DNA from: Geosiphon pyriformis uo1
Taxonomy: Eukaryota > Fungi > Glomeromycota
Direction: 5' to 3'
DNA length: 64,000 nucleotides
Assembly: GCA_016748015.1 (NCBI GenBank)
Contig: JAAOMT010000597.1
Location: 845,181-909,180 of the forward strand
This document shows, in pieces, positions 25,926-40,300 of the stretch. The stretch's first letter is position 1, and every line of letters starts with the position of its first letter. A model generated the notes under the pieces. It made no database searches. It worked only from the letters and a program-made list of their open reading frames with translations, and was not told where the DNA came from. A program made the position numbers and the translations under genes.

Positions 25926-28393
25926 TTGATAATATGGTTTTTGGCAGAGATTAGCACAAGAATTTTGATTAAGAATTAAATGTGGTACCTTTGGGAAATT
26001 AAAAGAGTAAAAAAAATAAGTGTTAAAATTTTTGTGGGAAAAGGAATATATTGTTTTTTTCCTTCCTTTTTATTCTTTTAGCATTATAGTGCCGTCTTTT
26101 TAAGCAAATTCTGATTTCGTAAGAATAAAAGGTCACTCAAAACGTCATAATCAATTTATGCGCTTAATACATTACATGCTTATTGATGACTCAGACAATA
26201 CCCTATTTAAGTCACCCAACAGAATGTTGGTCCGAACATAATCGCAGTTTCGAACATAAAGAAAAATAGAAAACGGGCTGGAAAGTAGAAATCTGCATTT
26301 TTCATGATGCAATCTGTGTATCGGAAAAAACGTGCATTCTGCTCAGAACAACAATCGGCCAAGAAAGACAATCACACAAAGCACCAGTCGGTCCGAGGAT
26401 CAAGTTTCGGTCCTTTTTTGAACACCGGAAAAAATGTTATCAACAGTTATTTATAATGAATGTTATATTTTTAAATGGGAAAAAAACTTTCCAAAAAGAT
26501 CTGCGAAAAAGCAAATACTCTTAAACTTTCTTAGATTCTAAAAGCACAAGTTTTTAAACTCCATACATGCATACATACGTACAGTGGAGCCCTTTTTTAG
26601 ACGCATACTATGAGTCATTAAGACAATGATAAAAAGATTTTTCTTCCGTAGTATGTGTCATGTGTCTCACCATAACCGGAGATCACGAAATCTGGAATTT
26701 TTTTTTCCCACACCTAGTCTACTAATCAAAACTTCGGATTAACGAGAGTTACCATGTAAATAACTTCTTCGCTACAATGTTCAATTAATGATAGACCTGG
26801 ATTTTCTTACTTTATGTCCACATCATGTCAAAGTTCGTATGTGCTGGAATATTATGAAGAATGGTTTGCACCCAAACATTCCTATCAGCAAGGCAAAAAT
26901 TGCGTTAGCAATTACGCGACAGATAGAGTGATTCAAGAAAGAGGGTTCAGAAGAAGAAAAAGGGAGCTGAGAGGATGTTTGAGTAATATAATGTAGGTGT
27001 ATTCTTTTTGGGAGAGAGATAGAGTTACAGGGTTAGGTGTTGGTTTTAGTTACAATTAGGTTATTTTGCGAGACATATAAGAGTTGTGGCAGGAATCACG
27101 AGGGAATACGTTTCTTTCCTGTCTCAACTTGTGATTAAAGCTACCCACTGGAATACCTTCAAGTGGCAATGGAATATGTGTCCGCTAAAATCCTACCATA
27201 AACTTGCAGAATTAATTAATCATCATGATTATGAACCTTGATTTTTTGTAAGCCTAATGGCTACATTAATGATTTTGGATCAAAATAAAGCTAGAAAAAA
27301 AACTGAACATAAACGAGGCTTAGGTTTCTGGGAGAATTTCTTAAATACAGGTAATAGAAATTGTTCTCATCTTAACAAAAAGTTCAATCCTGGTATAAAT
27401 TACTTGCTGCTGATAAGGAGAAAGATATTGATGATTTTAAAGAAGCATTTGAAGAATATGTAAAAGCATCGCCTACTGGCACTTTCCAATCGATCAAAAA
27501 AAGTTGAGAGACTCGAAATCTAATGCTCACATTGTGGTCTTGGTGAGTTTTTTTTGGATTAGACGCACAGTGATAATTAAGATCAGTTCTAATAATAACC
27601 CATATCGGCTTAAAAGGAAAAATATTCCAATCTTGTAATGGGCAATTCTTGGCTTCCTCGAACTGCCAGTGTTCGCGCGCTCACAAAGCTATATGATTCA
27701 ATTGTAAAGCCAAAGGCTATCTTGGAAAGTATGTTGGAAAATTTGTATTAAATGTTTTTTTTTGAATAATTTGTCAGTGGTAGTTTATTTTATATACTTG
27801 CTTTTAAGGATTGTCCTGAACTTAAAGAAAGGTATTTCAGTTACTTTTTCGCAAAATTATTAAGTAGTGCTTCCTTGATACATATGAATTTTTTAAATTC
27901 ATTATTACTTTTAGAAATCAAGTGTAGTACACTCTTGACTTACCAAAATTGTGGTTTTTGTGATTATTGGACAAAGTAAGATAAAATAACCTTTGCTTTT
28001 ACATCTCATCATTTCTGAAAAATTCCTCTTAAACTTATCACTTAAGAATCCAATTAAGATTCTGTATGAAAGAATACCGCACTATTATGCTGAATGTAAG
28101 TTAAAAGCAATAATCTTGTCCTTTTCTTAAATACTAGTAACTAATGTCTCTTTTCTTGAAATCAGGCTGTTATTATATCTGAAAATAGAATAAAGCTCAA
28201 CATAAGATTTACTAGATGAACAGCTTTAAATATGGTTTATCAGATCATATATTCCTTTCGATTAATTCATATAACTTATTCAATAGCCCTTCTTATGTAC
28301 TCCAACATAAAATGGGACTCCTGGTAGTCAGTTGGAACTTGATAATTCACTTTTCAATACCATTAGTTTAATATTTAATCTCACAATTGTCAG

Positions 28394-28610
28394 ACTTTCC
28401 TAAAATCATTTATTTTATAAATGTGGTGTCAAAGAACACATTTCTCGAGAATGCTCAGAACAGAAACAAATAAGTCCAATTATCTGTCTTAAATGTGGCA
28501 AAGGTTGATTTCAATTATTAATTTTTTCGATGGTTACAATACAAAATAAAGTAAAAACTTAATTAGTTTGCATAAAGGACATATGATTAGAGTTTGTTCT
28601 TCTGAAGAGG
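28394..28610 (+). pseudogene. CCHC zinc-knuckle gene remnant
   Basis: YKCGVKEHISREC (first Cys lost or frameshifted), then ICLKCGK|intron|GHMIRVC. Upstream exons could not be reconstructed. Confidence 0.5.
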
Positions 28611-29243
28611 TAAAGTACTTTCCAAATGAAATCTGCATTGATTTTTCATGCTTTACTGAGTTTAATCCCACAATTACAACATATACATATTCAAACATAT
28701 ATTTTATTATTATATCTAAAAAAAAATGTTTAAAAATAATATATATCAATTTTTTTGCTAAATATATATAATAAGAAATTGGTTGAAAACCTTTTGTATG
28801 AAAACCTTAATTGGCAAAATTTGATAAATTTCACAGAGAAATAATTAAGACTTCATTTTCCCACTCACTTTTAACAAAATATGCTAAGCAATATTACTGA
28901 AAATATTTTAGACTTTCTAATTTTTACATTTGAGAGCTCCCCTTTGGTCAAAAAAGCTTATTTAAAATTTCGAGAAATTAGATTTGACTCCAAAATGTAA
29001 TTTCCAAGGTTCAGTTCGCGCTTAAACGATTTTTTTAGCATTGAATTATCCCTTGAATCGAAAATCTCGACAATAATCCTTCCAAATAAACTTTTTACTC
29101 CAGGGGCGAGATATAAACCTTTTATTTCTAAAAATGAATGAATCACCCGACTAATAAATATGCCTAAATGCTTTTTTACTTTGGGATCCCAAATTTTTAT
29201 TATAAGAATGAAGCTTGCTCTCGGCAGAAGGCATTATAATTCG

Positions 29244-32200
29244 TCAAAAAAAACTATTTAGCTGCATGCGGTTGACATTATTCTGCAAATATGCCAGTTG
29301 CGCAGCAGCCTCTGTACTCCCATTGTCAGCCGCTCTTTTATGCCACATTTGGGCCTCCTTTAAGTTTATAATGGTTCCAACACCATTCTGATAACATAAA
29401 GCAAGCCAATAAAATGCCATTTGCACCTCCTCCTGAGCAGCTTTTTGAAAATATTGAAAAGCGAGATAGGGATTTTGTAGTGTACCAATTCCATTCAAAC
29501 TCAGTAATCCTGCAAGGTACAGGGCTAATGGCTGCCCCATTTTGGCTGCCTGCATATAGTATTGACTAGCCATGAGAGGATTCGGTATTGTCCCAATTCC
29601 CTTTTCATATGCTACCCCGAGGAGAACTTGTCCCAATGGATCACGAGTAGCAATCCTTTGATAATGCATTATAGCCCTACTGAAATCCATAGTAACGCCT
29701 GCCCCGATAGTATAAGCAACAGCTAAAGATACCTCTGCTAATATATCTCCTTCATTGGTACCTAATGTATAAGCTTTAAAAGCTTCTTCTAAATTGACAC
29801 TGGTGCCAATTCCACTCTCATAGAAAACACCAAGAAGCAAAGTATATTGGGGGCGATATTTGATATCGGCTTTCAAAATGCTAAAAATTGATTCTGGAGC
29901 AACATGATTTACTCTTAGATAATCCGCAATTCTTTGACTTATTTGTTGATTAGGGAGGCCGGTATTTATAGCCTTGTGTACGATTTCAAAAATATGATTA
30001 ATCAGCGTCTTTTCTCTTGAATTGTCGATATATGCTTCAGTGGTGTTTGGAGTGCTATAACTATTAGTTGAATAGTTTGGTGCAAAGTTATTTGTGGGAT
30101 AATTATTTGTGGAATAATTTTGCGTAGAGGCGTTTGAGAGGCCGTAGCTATTCGTGGAATGAATTGGTGCAGCGTTGTTTGGAAGAGGAATACTATTTGT
30201 GGAATAAGTTGGTACAGAGTTGTTTGGGAGACCATAACTAGTTGTGGAGTGAATTGGTGGAAAGTTGTTTGAAGAGGGATTAGTGGATGAATGAATTGGG
30301 GCAGAGTTTGAAGAGGGATAACTATTTGTAGAATAAATTGGTGCAGAGGTGTTTGGGAGGCCATAACTAGTTGTGGAGTGAATTGGTGCAAAGTTGTTGG
30401 GAGAGGGATTCGTGGATGAATTAATTGGTGCAGAGTTTGAAGAGGAGGAATAAATTGGTACATAGGTGTTTGGGCCATAACTAGTTGTGGAGTGAATTGG
30501 TGTAAAGTTGTTGGAAGAGGGATTATTGGATGAATAAATTGGTGCAGAGTTTGAAGAGGGATAACTATTTGTAGAATAAATTGGTGCAGAGGTGTTTGGG
30601 AGGCCATAACTAGTTGTGGAGTGAATTGGTGGAAAGTTGTTGGAAGAGGGATTAGTGGATGAATGAATTGGTGCAGAGTTTGAAGAGGAGGAATAAATTG
30701 GTACATAGGTGTTTGGAGGGGGATTATTAGTCGTCGAATGAGTTGGTGGGGATGTGATTGACAATGGATAATTATTAGTTGAATGGTTTGGTGCAGGGGG
30801 ATGACTTGTCGTCACATCAATTGGTGGATGGGTTGGCGATGGATAATTTGGCGATGAATAACTATTAGTTGAATGGTTTGGTACAGAGTTGTTTGAAGAG
30901 GGATAACTAGTCGGGGAATGAATTGATACAGAGGTGTTTGGAGGGGGATGAGTAATCGTCGAATGAATTGATGCAGAGGGGTTTGAAGAGGGATAACTAT
31001 TAGTTAAAGGGTTTGGTGCAGAGTTATTTGAAGGGGGATTACTAGTCGTTGAATGAATCGATTCAGAGGTGTTTGGCAAAGGATGACTATCAGTGGGATG
31101 AATTGGTGTAGAGTTATTGGGAGAACTATTAGTGGGATGAGTTGGTGCAGAGGTGTTTATAGAGGGGTAACTTGTCGTGGGATCAATTGGTGCTGAGGAA
31201 TTTGAAGAGGGATAACTATTAGTTAAAGGGTTTGGTGCAGAGTTATTTGAAGGGGGATTACTAGTCGTTGAATGAATCGATTCAGAGGTGTTTGGCAAAG
31301 GATGACTATCAGTGGGATGAATTGGTGTAGAGTTATTGGGAGAACTATTAGTGGGATGAGTTGGTGCAGAGGTGTTTATAGAGGGGTAACTTGTCGTGGG
31401 ATCAATTGGTGCTGAGGAATTTGAAGAGGGATAACTATTAGTTAAAGGGTTTGGTGCAGAGTTATTTGAAGGGGGATTACTAGTCGTTGAATGAATCGAT
31501 TCAGAGGTGTTTGGCAAAGGATGACTATCAGTGGGATGAATTGGTGTAGAGTTATTGGGAGAAGGATAACTATTAGTGGGATGAGTTGGTGCAGAGGTGT
31601 TTGAAGAGGGATAACTTGTCGTGGGATCAATTGGTGCAGAATTATTTGGAGAGGGGTAACTAGTGGTGGGATAAATTGGTTCAGTAATTCTAGAACTATT
31701 GTTGTTAGTGGTGAATTGAATTGGGTCAATAGTGCTAAAACTATTACTATTATTTTTGTTGTTGCTGCTCTTCTTGTTATCATCATCGTTAATATTCAAA
31801 GAAGCAAAATTTGAAGAAAAATCTAACTCCACCGTTTCATCACTTGTGCTCGTGGGAGTTTCCGTCCATTCAATTTTTAAAAGCCTTTGGGATACTTCTT
31901 CAATATCTGGACGCTTGGTTGGTTCGCCATCCCAATATTCTGAATAAAGTTTTACATATTCCTGTGGTGTCCCGGAAATTGGTGTTTCTCGTTTACCGTG
32001 AGCAATTTGAACTTTAAAATAATGGGAAATTAAGAAGCCATCTAATAAATAAATTGTTACGAAAATAACATCATAATAGAAGATTCATACCCCCAACATT
32101 CCAATTTTGACCACCATTGAACGGCGGACGGCCACTGGTTAATTCCCAAAAAATGACACCGATACTATATATATCAGATTTTTGATCACGTTCATGGTTT

Positions 32201-33057
32201 TGTTTCAAAAAACATTGTGGCTCCACGTATGGTGGATGACCACAAACTACAGAAAAAACGTTAATTTGATTCTTATTCACATCTTTAGATAGGCCAAGGT
32301 CAGCAATCTTTATAGTATCTCTATGAACGAGAATATTTAGGGAGTTCTGAAGTATTTTATAATTGGAAATTTTAGAATATGGCAAAATTTTCTTGATCAT
32401 TAGCCAAGGATAAAATTACTTACCAAGTCTCGATGAATAATATCTTCACTATGCAAACATGCAACTCCATTTGCGATATCTTGGGCAAACTTTATTTTAG
32501 TTTGACCAGTCATTTTGCTAAATTTAGTTTTCAGGTAATGACGTAGGGCGCCTCCATCAGCGTATTGAAGAACTAAAAGGTATTGATCATTGTCTAAAAA
32601 GTCCAAAATAAAAACTGGTTTAGCTTACAACCCATAATGGAACGATTATTTTTAAAAGAAAAACTTACGTTTGCTAATACCATAAAATTGTAAAATGTTC
32701 TCATAAATATTTGTCTTTCGCAAAAAGTTCATCTTAAAATCACAGGAATTTATCATTAAATTTCAATCAATAGAATTTTGACATAAGCATCCAACCACAT
32801 ACTTCTTTAATGAATTCTTTCAAGTCTTCTTTGTTGGCACTATTCTTAAGTCTTTTCAATGCAAAGGTCACGCTTGTGATACCTCTTTTGTAACGAGCCT
32901 TGGATACTTCGCCAAAACCACCTTCTCCAAGCGGCTGTATGTCATAAAATAAATTATAGTCATAGTAATTGAGATGCTTTTGATTTATAGCTGTTTCAAA
33001 GTAATCAGCGGATGAATTTGGACTTTCGAGTATTGATGAGAAATTCTCGAATGACAT
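29244..33057 (-). CDS. TKL-type protein kinase + S/T/N/P tandem-repeat linker + SEL1 repeats; exons 33057-32803, 32732-32669, 32593-32424, 32346-32091, 32011-29244
   Basis: GEGGFG, FALK, HRDL|NSLN, KIADLG, SDIYSIGVIFWEL and KRP motifs are present, and all four introns are GT..AG and in phase. The C-terminus has SEL1-like repeats (LGVFYESGIGT, LGVAYEKGIGT, LALCYQNGVGT). Confidence 0.92.
30050..31690 (-). repeat. Intragenic hierarchical tandem repeat: ~45-bp (15-aa) unit with 219-bp and 243-bp higher-order duplications
   Basis: ggatgactatcagtggg recurs at 219-bp spacing (31081, ~31300, ~31519); aattggtacataggtgtttgg occurs at 30453 and 30696. Confidence 0.92.
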
Positions 33058-34358
33058 ATTTGTTGGCTATTTCAGAAGTTAATTTTATTAATTTTGGATT
33101 TATCAAAACACGCCTTTCATTTAAGTTTTTTATTTTTTGAACGACGGGTCGCTGAAAGGGAGTTTAATTCTTTAGTAGTGTTTTTAATATTGGGTTCTTT
33201 CAGTTCAAATGGTGTGTTATTTAAATGCAGGGTTTTAACAAGTTTTTCATGCATCCAGATATAACACATGTATTACGCCACATTGAATGAAAGGAAGGTT
33301 AGATGAACTTGAATCTCTTCCAGAATATAGAACAAGTTGTGGTCGTCTTTTCGAGTTTTGACTTTAATCAGACTATCTTTAATTTAGACAGTTTGCAGAA
33401 TTTATTTTCTTTAAAATCTAGGATCGTGATTTGCCCCAAGAAGATACATAGCTGTCTTTACAAATCCATTTCTTTTCTGCCAAGACAAAATTCAAGATAG
33501 ACTTCACAAATTGTATTTACATTTTCGCAGTAATTATTTCCGTGTAACAATTTAAACAAATCTTGCCTCTTTTAGAAAAGTCACATGGAAAAATTTTGGT
33601 CCGCTTTTGGTTGTAATTGTCGGTCATATCCTCCAGCTTTGAAATTGATGAACATGAGACTGGTGTCCCTTTTTATCCAGTTGTGTCTCCAAAGCACCAA
33701 AGAAACAGTTGACTTTCACTGTATTTGTTATCCTATCAATTTCTCATAGTAGGGGTGATTTCTTTTGTCAATTAGATCCTTTTTTTTTCAGATTTATTTC
33801 TGGTCAGCCTGGTGACAACTGAAACTTAAGATATTATTTGCTTTGAATTGATCTGGGTGAATTTTTACATGAAATTATATTTAGACAATATTGTGGTTAA
33901 TGAAAAAATCATGTTTTGCATCGTTTTTTTAAATAAACATCCCCATCAGATTAAAGCAGGTGAGGGTAAATTAGTTGAGCATATTCCATATTGGAGATTT
34001 TCTCTAATCATTTGGACAGCTTGAACTGAAACAAAAAGTGATGTTATTTCGATTGATATAATAGATCAATTAATTCGTAACAAGGGGACGAAATCCTTAA
34101 CTTTTATAATGATGCAATAAGAATAATTCTAAAACCAATTTATTTTTATTTATTTTATTTTATTTGAATTTTCAAGCATGGAAAAAGCACGAAAAAGAAT
34201 AAAAGCTGATAATAAGCATCAAATTTCTGATCAAAAGTCAAAATTGAAAAGTACTGGACAATTCATAGGATATTTGTTTGATGAAAATCTAAGAAAATTT
34301 TGTTTTATAAAAAAGTAAAATTCTAATCTATACAAGCTCACAACTAATGTTGGATCAT

Positions 34359-34476
34359 TATGTATGTATGTATGTATGTATGTATGTATATATGTATATA
34401 TATATATATGTATGTATGTATATATATGTATGTATGTATGTATGGATGTATGTATGTATTTGTGTATGTATGTATG
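34359..34476. repeat. (TATG)n/(TA)n microsatellite
   Basis: Direct reading. Confidence 0.95.
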
Positions 34477-36631
34477 TTATAATAAATATAAACATATATC
34501 TGCTTATAATTATACAAAAATTAAAAAATTAATAATATTTTGTATTAAGTGCATAAATAAACACTTAATAATTAATTAATAAGTGATTTTTCAATTTTAT
34601 TACAATTAAATCTAAATTTATAAAATATTTTTAAAATTAAAAATTTTATACGTAATTAGTAATAATATTAGTTTTTTGAAGTTCGTATTCTTTTTTTCTT
34701 TTTTTTTTACGTAGTTAATTAATTTAAAACTTTGAAAGATTACGTTTTCTATAGCAATAATTTTAACTAATTTCTTTGAAAATAAGTAAAGTATATAATA
34801 ACTATACAAATATAATTCAAAGAATTTAAGAGAATTTTATTTTAAATCTTTAAATCATCAATGTTTGCTGAACTTATTTCTAATAAGAAATAGATTTTTT
34901 TATGCTTTTTAAGAGATTTGCAAATTTTATAGTGAATTAAATAGAATTAAATACATGGTAGCTAAATTTTTTTTATAACCACTTAATAAATAAATATATA
35001 AATATACTTGATAATAATAATGAACTATTGCTATGATTTTTGTAAAAAATTCTTTGCGAAATGATTACTAGTTTTCATTCCAAAAAATAGTTGCTTATAA
35101 AAGCAGTATTACTAATAAAAATAAAAAATCTGGTGTTCTTATTTTAAAAGCTATCCCAGAAATTAGTCAAACTTTTTTATTAACATATATAGAATAATGA
35201 GAAAGAGAAATTTAGCTTTTTTACCATTTAAAACATCCATCACAAAAAAACAAGAGACTTTTCTATTCTCGACTCCTATGTTAACATCCTATGAAACTAC
35301 TCTTTGAGATATTTTTCACGATTTGTTGCTCCCGTATTTCCAGGTCAATTCAACATGATAGATTGTAATAAGTTTATTGGTAGATATTTGGATAACCTAT
35401 ATTTGATTTTAATAAATATAATTCTTAGCCTTAGTGAATATTGGATTAGGAAAAATTAAAATAAGCTAAAAGAGGAAAATATTAACGAAAAAACTGAAAA
35501 CAGTTTACCGTAAATTCATTTGTGGGCATTTTATACATTTAAAGTTTTTAAATGTAAATTAATTTAAAATTTATTTTATTATGTAAAAATTTCGCCGGAA
35601 TTCTCTATTTATAAATTATAGTTTACAATAAAATTTAAAAATAATTAAGGTATTTTAAATTAGAAATAAAGAAACCCTTATTATTGGAAATTAAAACATG
35701 AATTAAAATATCTTTTTTATTTTCTTTTTAAATTCAAATTCTAAAGAGAGTTAGATATATTTGGCTTTTAGACAAATAAAAGCTAATTTTTTGTAAAAAT
35801 ACAAATATTTATAGTTTCAAATATGATTATAATTTTATTAAAAAAAGCAATCAATTTAAAAATGAAGGATTAAAGCATCAAATAGTCTATTGAATCTGTA
35901 ATTGTGGTCGAATCAAGGCTTAGGTTTATGACCTTTAATTTGAAAAATTTTATTTTATTAAATATTTTATGTTTAAACTTTTTAATGTAAAGGAGATCTA
36001 TTTTTGTTTCATAAAGTACTGGTCTTAAAATTGACTTTAAATTGTGTTTGTCTATAAGAAAAATGAAATTATACATATTCTTAAAACATGAGATTAATTT
36101 ATTTTGGTATATAAACAAATTATTTTTATCAAATTTTTGAAAACTGAAAAATTAGAAAGCAAGATTTTTCGAAATCATTGTAAATTTTTTAAGGAGATTT
36201 TTATTCCTCCGAGCTTTTATGTATAGGTTGTGCAATTTTTACTTTTTTAATGTATATTTTATAATTTAAATTTTTCGATGCTTCCTATTCATCAACAGAA
36301 AATTTTAAAGTATCAAAAAAGAATAATTTTTCTTCTTACTTATCATTCAAATTTCACTCATTTAAATCCTACTTTGGATTTTTTATCAATTCCTATTTCA
36401 TTATCTGTGTGTAATTGTGTACAAGCATGTAATTTTAGTAGGGAAAAGTGCACACTAACTTTTTTATATTGCTAAAGACAAACTACTGGTTATAGGCAAC
36501 AATCTTCTAAAAAAAAGGGCTCAGATTTTCATCAAAAAAGTATTTGCTTATAACTGGGCATATACGGTATTTAAAAAGTGTTAAAACATAAGAAAAAGAT
36601 GATAAAGAAAATCAATTGCTATAAAAGGTGG

Positions 36632-36856
36632 CTACTTAAATTGATTTCCTGCTCCAGCGAAGAAAATTTCACTTGTTGCCTTCAAGGATTCTTTTATATT
36701 TTCATCTCCAATAAATTGACTAGCCACCTCCGTTCCCACAGCTATAGCTGCTTGAGTAGCCATCAGTGCTATCCCTAATCGTGGGGTAATACAAAAACCA
36801 GCGATGGTCACGCTTCCACAAATTCTTTTTGCTATCTCTTTATCTTCGTCGCGCAT
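36632..36856 (-). CDS. Small (74 aa) hydrophobic Ala/Gly-rich orphan protein
   Basis: ATG-initiated ORF that is GC-richer and CpG-retaining relative to its flanks, with an A-rich start context and protein-like composition. Confidence 0.55.
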   Translation of the reverse strand: MRDEDKEIAKRICGSVTIAGFCITPRLGIALMATQAAIAVGTEVASQFIGDENIKESLKATSEIFFAGAGNQFK

Positions 36857-37636
36857 AATTTTTGTTATAGTTTTTTAAGATTTTAACTGATGAAATTCTA
36901 AAACAACAATAAAAAAAGTTTTAGAAAGAGATTTAGAAATCATAAACTTTATTAAAGTTTATAAACCTTACTTTTATATATATATTAAAAAACCAGTTCA
37001 GATGTGGGAAACAATTTATTAACTAGCAAGCCTGTTAAGTAAGAAAAAAAAGTTTTAAAAGCAGGCGTATATAAAGCTTTAAAAAAAAAATTATTTTAAA
37101 AATTATCTAATTATGACATAAAAATGAAAGTTACTTTGATTATTTATTTATTTTAATTATCTTGAAATAATCAATCCTAAAACTATGATTGATTAATAAA
37201 GTTACATTGTTTTTTATTGTCTATGATTATTACTTTTCTCATTATAATAATTTATAATGTCAAACTGTGAACTTTTTTAGCTTTTTTTTAAAAAAAAAAA
37301 AAATACAAAGCCCATTAATTTGTAACTCTGAATTGCCTTTTCCAAAGGTTTCTCGGGATTTTTTTTAATAATGAATTTTTTTAATCCTTTTGTCCTTTTA
37401 TTTAGCAAGTTTTCTCTTTCAAAAAAAGGTTACAAAAATAAAACATGGTTTTTTGTTTTTTGTTACTGAATGAAAGATGCATCAGTTTTTATTTTATAAC
37501 ATAGGTATTTTTTGACTAAAAAAGAAAAAATTTTCTTTCAAATTTATTGTTATTATTAAGTCATAAGTTTTGTATTATAATAATAATAATAATAATAATA
37601 ATATCTAATTACAAGCTGCTCAAATTTTGAAGAGAC

Positions 37637-37670
<34 letters not shown>

Positions 37671-39569
37671 TACATATTCAATCAAGCTCTTTTAACAGTG
37701 ACATTTCTTCTTAAGTAACAACTTTGATTAAATTTTCTATAATTTTTTAATACTTTTTCAAAGACTAAATCATCAATTTTAAAAATAAAAATTAATTCGA
37801 TATTTTAAATTTGTGACTTTCTTTGTTTTTTGAAGAGATTTAACTGTTAATTAAAGCGTTTTTACGTACTTTTTAACTACAACTAAATAATTTTCTTATT
37901 GTTGAAAAACAATTCACTACATTAAAGATGAAGTGAGATTATAAAAAATTTATAAAAAATTTGTTTGATAAAAATAGTCTCTATTTATTTATTTAAATTC
38001 ACTTTAATGTTTGAAAGACTAAGATTAAACTTAAGAGCTCTAGCGGTTTCATTATTTAGAGCCTGTGGAATTGGTAGAGCCGAGACAAAGATATGTGTGT
38101 GAAAAGAATTGGTACCACCAAAAGAATAATAGATACACAGGTAAATCGTAGAGTGTAACATTTTGAAAAAATAAAAATTGGTAGGAAAAGTAAAAAAGTT
38201 ATTTACTGGAGATTTTAATGTTTTAAAGAAAATTTTAGTTATTTTACTTGATTGATTTCAAAGGTGCCTTCTTTTTGGTGAGCATTCAATCTTCTTTTAT
38301 AGAAAGTTCTATTCTAGTTTAAAAAGAATTTAAAAAATAAAAATTTTAAAACTTGTTTAATTTTTTACAACATTATCAAACTAAAATTTATTATTAATTT
38401 TAAGGAAACGGTATCAAGAATATTTAGCCTCTTACCTTTTTGAATATCTCATTTTGAATATTTTTTATTCCATTTACCAATTATTATTCATTTTAAAGAT
38501 TTTTAACTTTATAAATTAACTTGATTTTGGTAGCACATATATATATTGTCCTTTTAATCTTTCACTAATTGTAATATTCAATCAAATCGAAAAAATTATC
38601 GTTATCTTTATTATTTGAGACTGCCTAAAAAAGAACTTGGTTCTATTTCAATTTCCCATTTTTCTTTACATATTAAATTAAGAATAGAATAAATATGTTT
38701 ATTTGCTTTGTTTGTAAGCTAATCAGAAAGCTATAATATCACTTACTTCTTCAAACTTTATTTAGCCTGATTTGGAGAGATGATGTAGCATATATTAAAA
38801 AAAAAATGAAACCTTTGATGATGACGTATCCATTAATTAATTAATCAATCAATCAATCAAAGATGTTTTTAATGGCAAAAAAAATAAAAAAACAAACTAA
38901 CGTCCTTTTACTTATCTATTCTCTTTCAAGGAGAAAATAAATGAACTGCCTAATACAATTTTTCGAACCTCGTCACATTTTGCTTTATCAAATGTAGTGA
39001 CATTGAGAAAACTAGTTAAAAACATTTAAATTTACTTAACTTTTGAAAAATACAATTAGTCTACATGATTGATTTATAAATTTTCACAGTAGAATAAAAA
39101 AAAAAATTAATAATAAATTTGATTAGAACTTATTCTTTTTAAGTAAATTGTTTTCTCAAAAAAAAATAGTGGTGGTTTATTCGCGGGTATTATCAAAATC
39201 TAATAGCTTTTAAGTGATACCATTTATATTCTTGATTTAATTATTATATAAGCTATTAATTATTATATAAGGTAATAATTATTATATAACCTATTAATAA
39301 TTATGAAACACAATGATTTTAGAGGCTTAAAAATTAAAATATTGATATAATTATAATTTAGCTAATTGAATTATTGGTTTATTTGTTAAATAAATAAGTT
39401 TTTAATTTTTTGTTTAATCTAGTTATCATTTTTATCTAATTAAGAATTTCAAAAATTGCACTCTCTTAAGTCCATTTAAAATCCTCATTATCTGAATATT
39501 TTTTTATACATTAACTTGATTATATTGCTTCCAAAAACTCTGATCTTTTCTGGCATAAACTAAATAACA

Positions 39570-40300
39570 AAAAATTTTGAGTTGACAATTTATGAAATAT
39601 GTATATAATACGAATTAAACTGACATGGTCATACTTTAGAAAGAAATGGTTGCAACCAATTCCCTGCACACACAAATATTCAAGAACAGGATTTGTAAAA
39701 CAACACATTCCACCAGCAAAAGCATATTTTTCATCATTATAGATTAGGCACACCAATATTATATGATGATTTCACTAGTCTCCTGGCTCTAAAAAATATT
39801 TCTATGTCATAAGTCTCGATGTCTTATTTCAGATTATATATTTTTTCTAAAATAGCTTCAATTAAATTGTTAATATTTTTTCAAAATCACTTATTGGCTG
39901 ATATAGTGGAGACATAACAAATAATCTATCATTATATAGAAGCAGGCAAAGAACATACTCAATATTGGTTTGTCCAATTGTTCCCAGTTTTGTGTTTTCA
40001 CTGACAGATAATCTTTATATATTTTTCTCTGTTTTTTGACATTTATGTTTTCTTCATACACGATAAAAGTTCTTCTAATTCCAATGTGAGTTTTCAGAAT
40101 GATTTTAAGCCTTTGAGACTGAAATTAGAATAGTTTTTCAAAAAAGCTGCAATTTGCATTTATAAAGCCTGTAAAATTTTACTGACTTTTAATTTCCAAA
40201 CAGTTTCCACAGCTATAAAGTCTAATTCGTAATATTTTTGTATTACACTATGTCTAAACTTTTGACTGTTGTCATTTAAATCAAATCTATTGCCGGTTAG
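39570..40300 (-). pseudogene. Degenerate protein kinase (CRN/fungal-type) remnant
   Basis: HRDL*HRNI at 39821-39795, followed by YAFAG...VLEYL...YDHVSLIR. Multiple stops and frameshifts. Confidence 0.5.

Noticed and set aside
30002-31786. Alternative-frame ORFs of 234 and 114 aa, and nearby plus-strand ORFs
   Set aside because: By-products of the tandem repeat within the kinase-SEL1 exon.
29244-31832. 862-aa ORF as an independent gene
   Set aside because: It begins at a GTG inside exon 5 of the spliced kinase gene.
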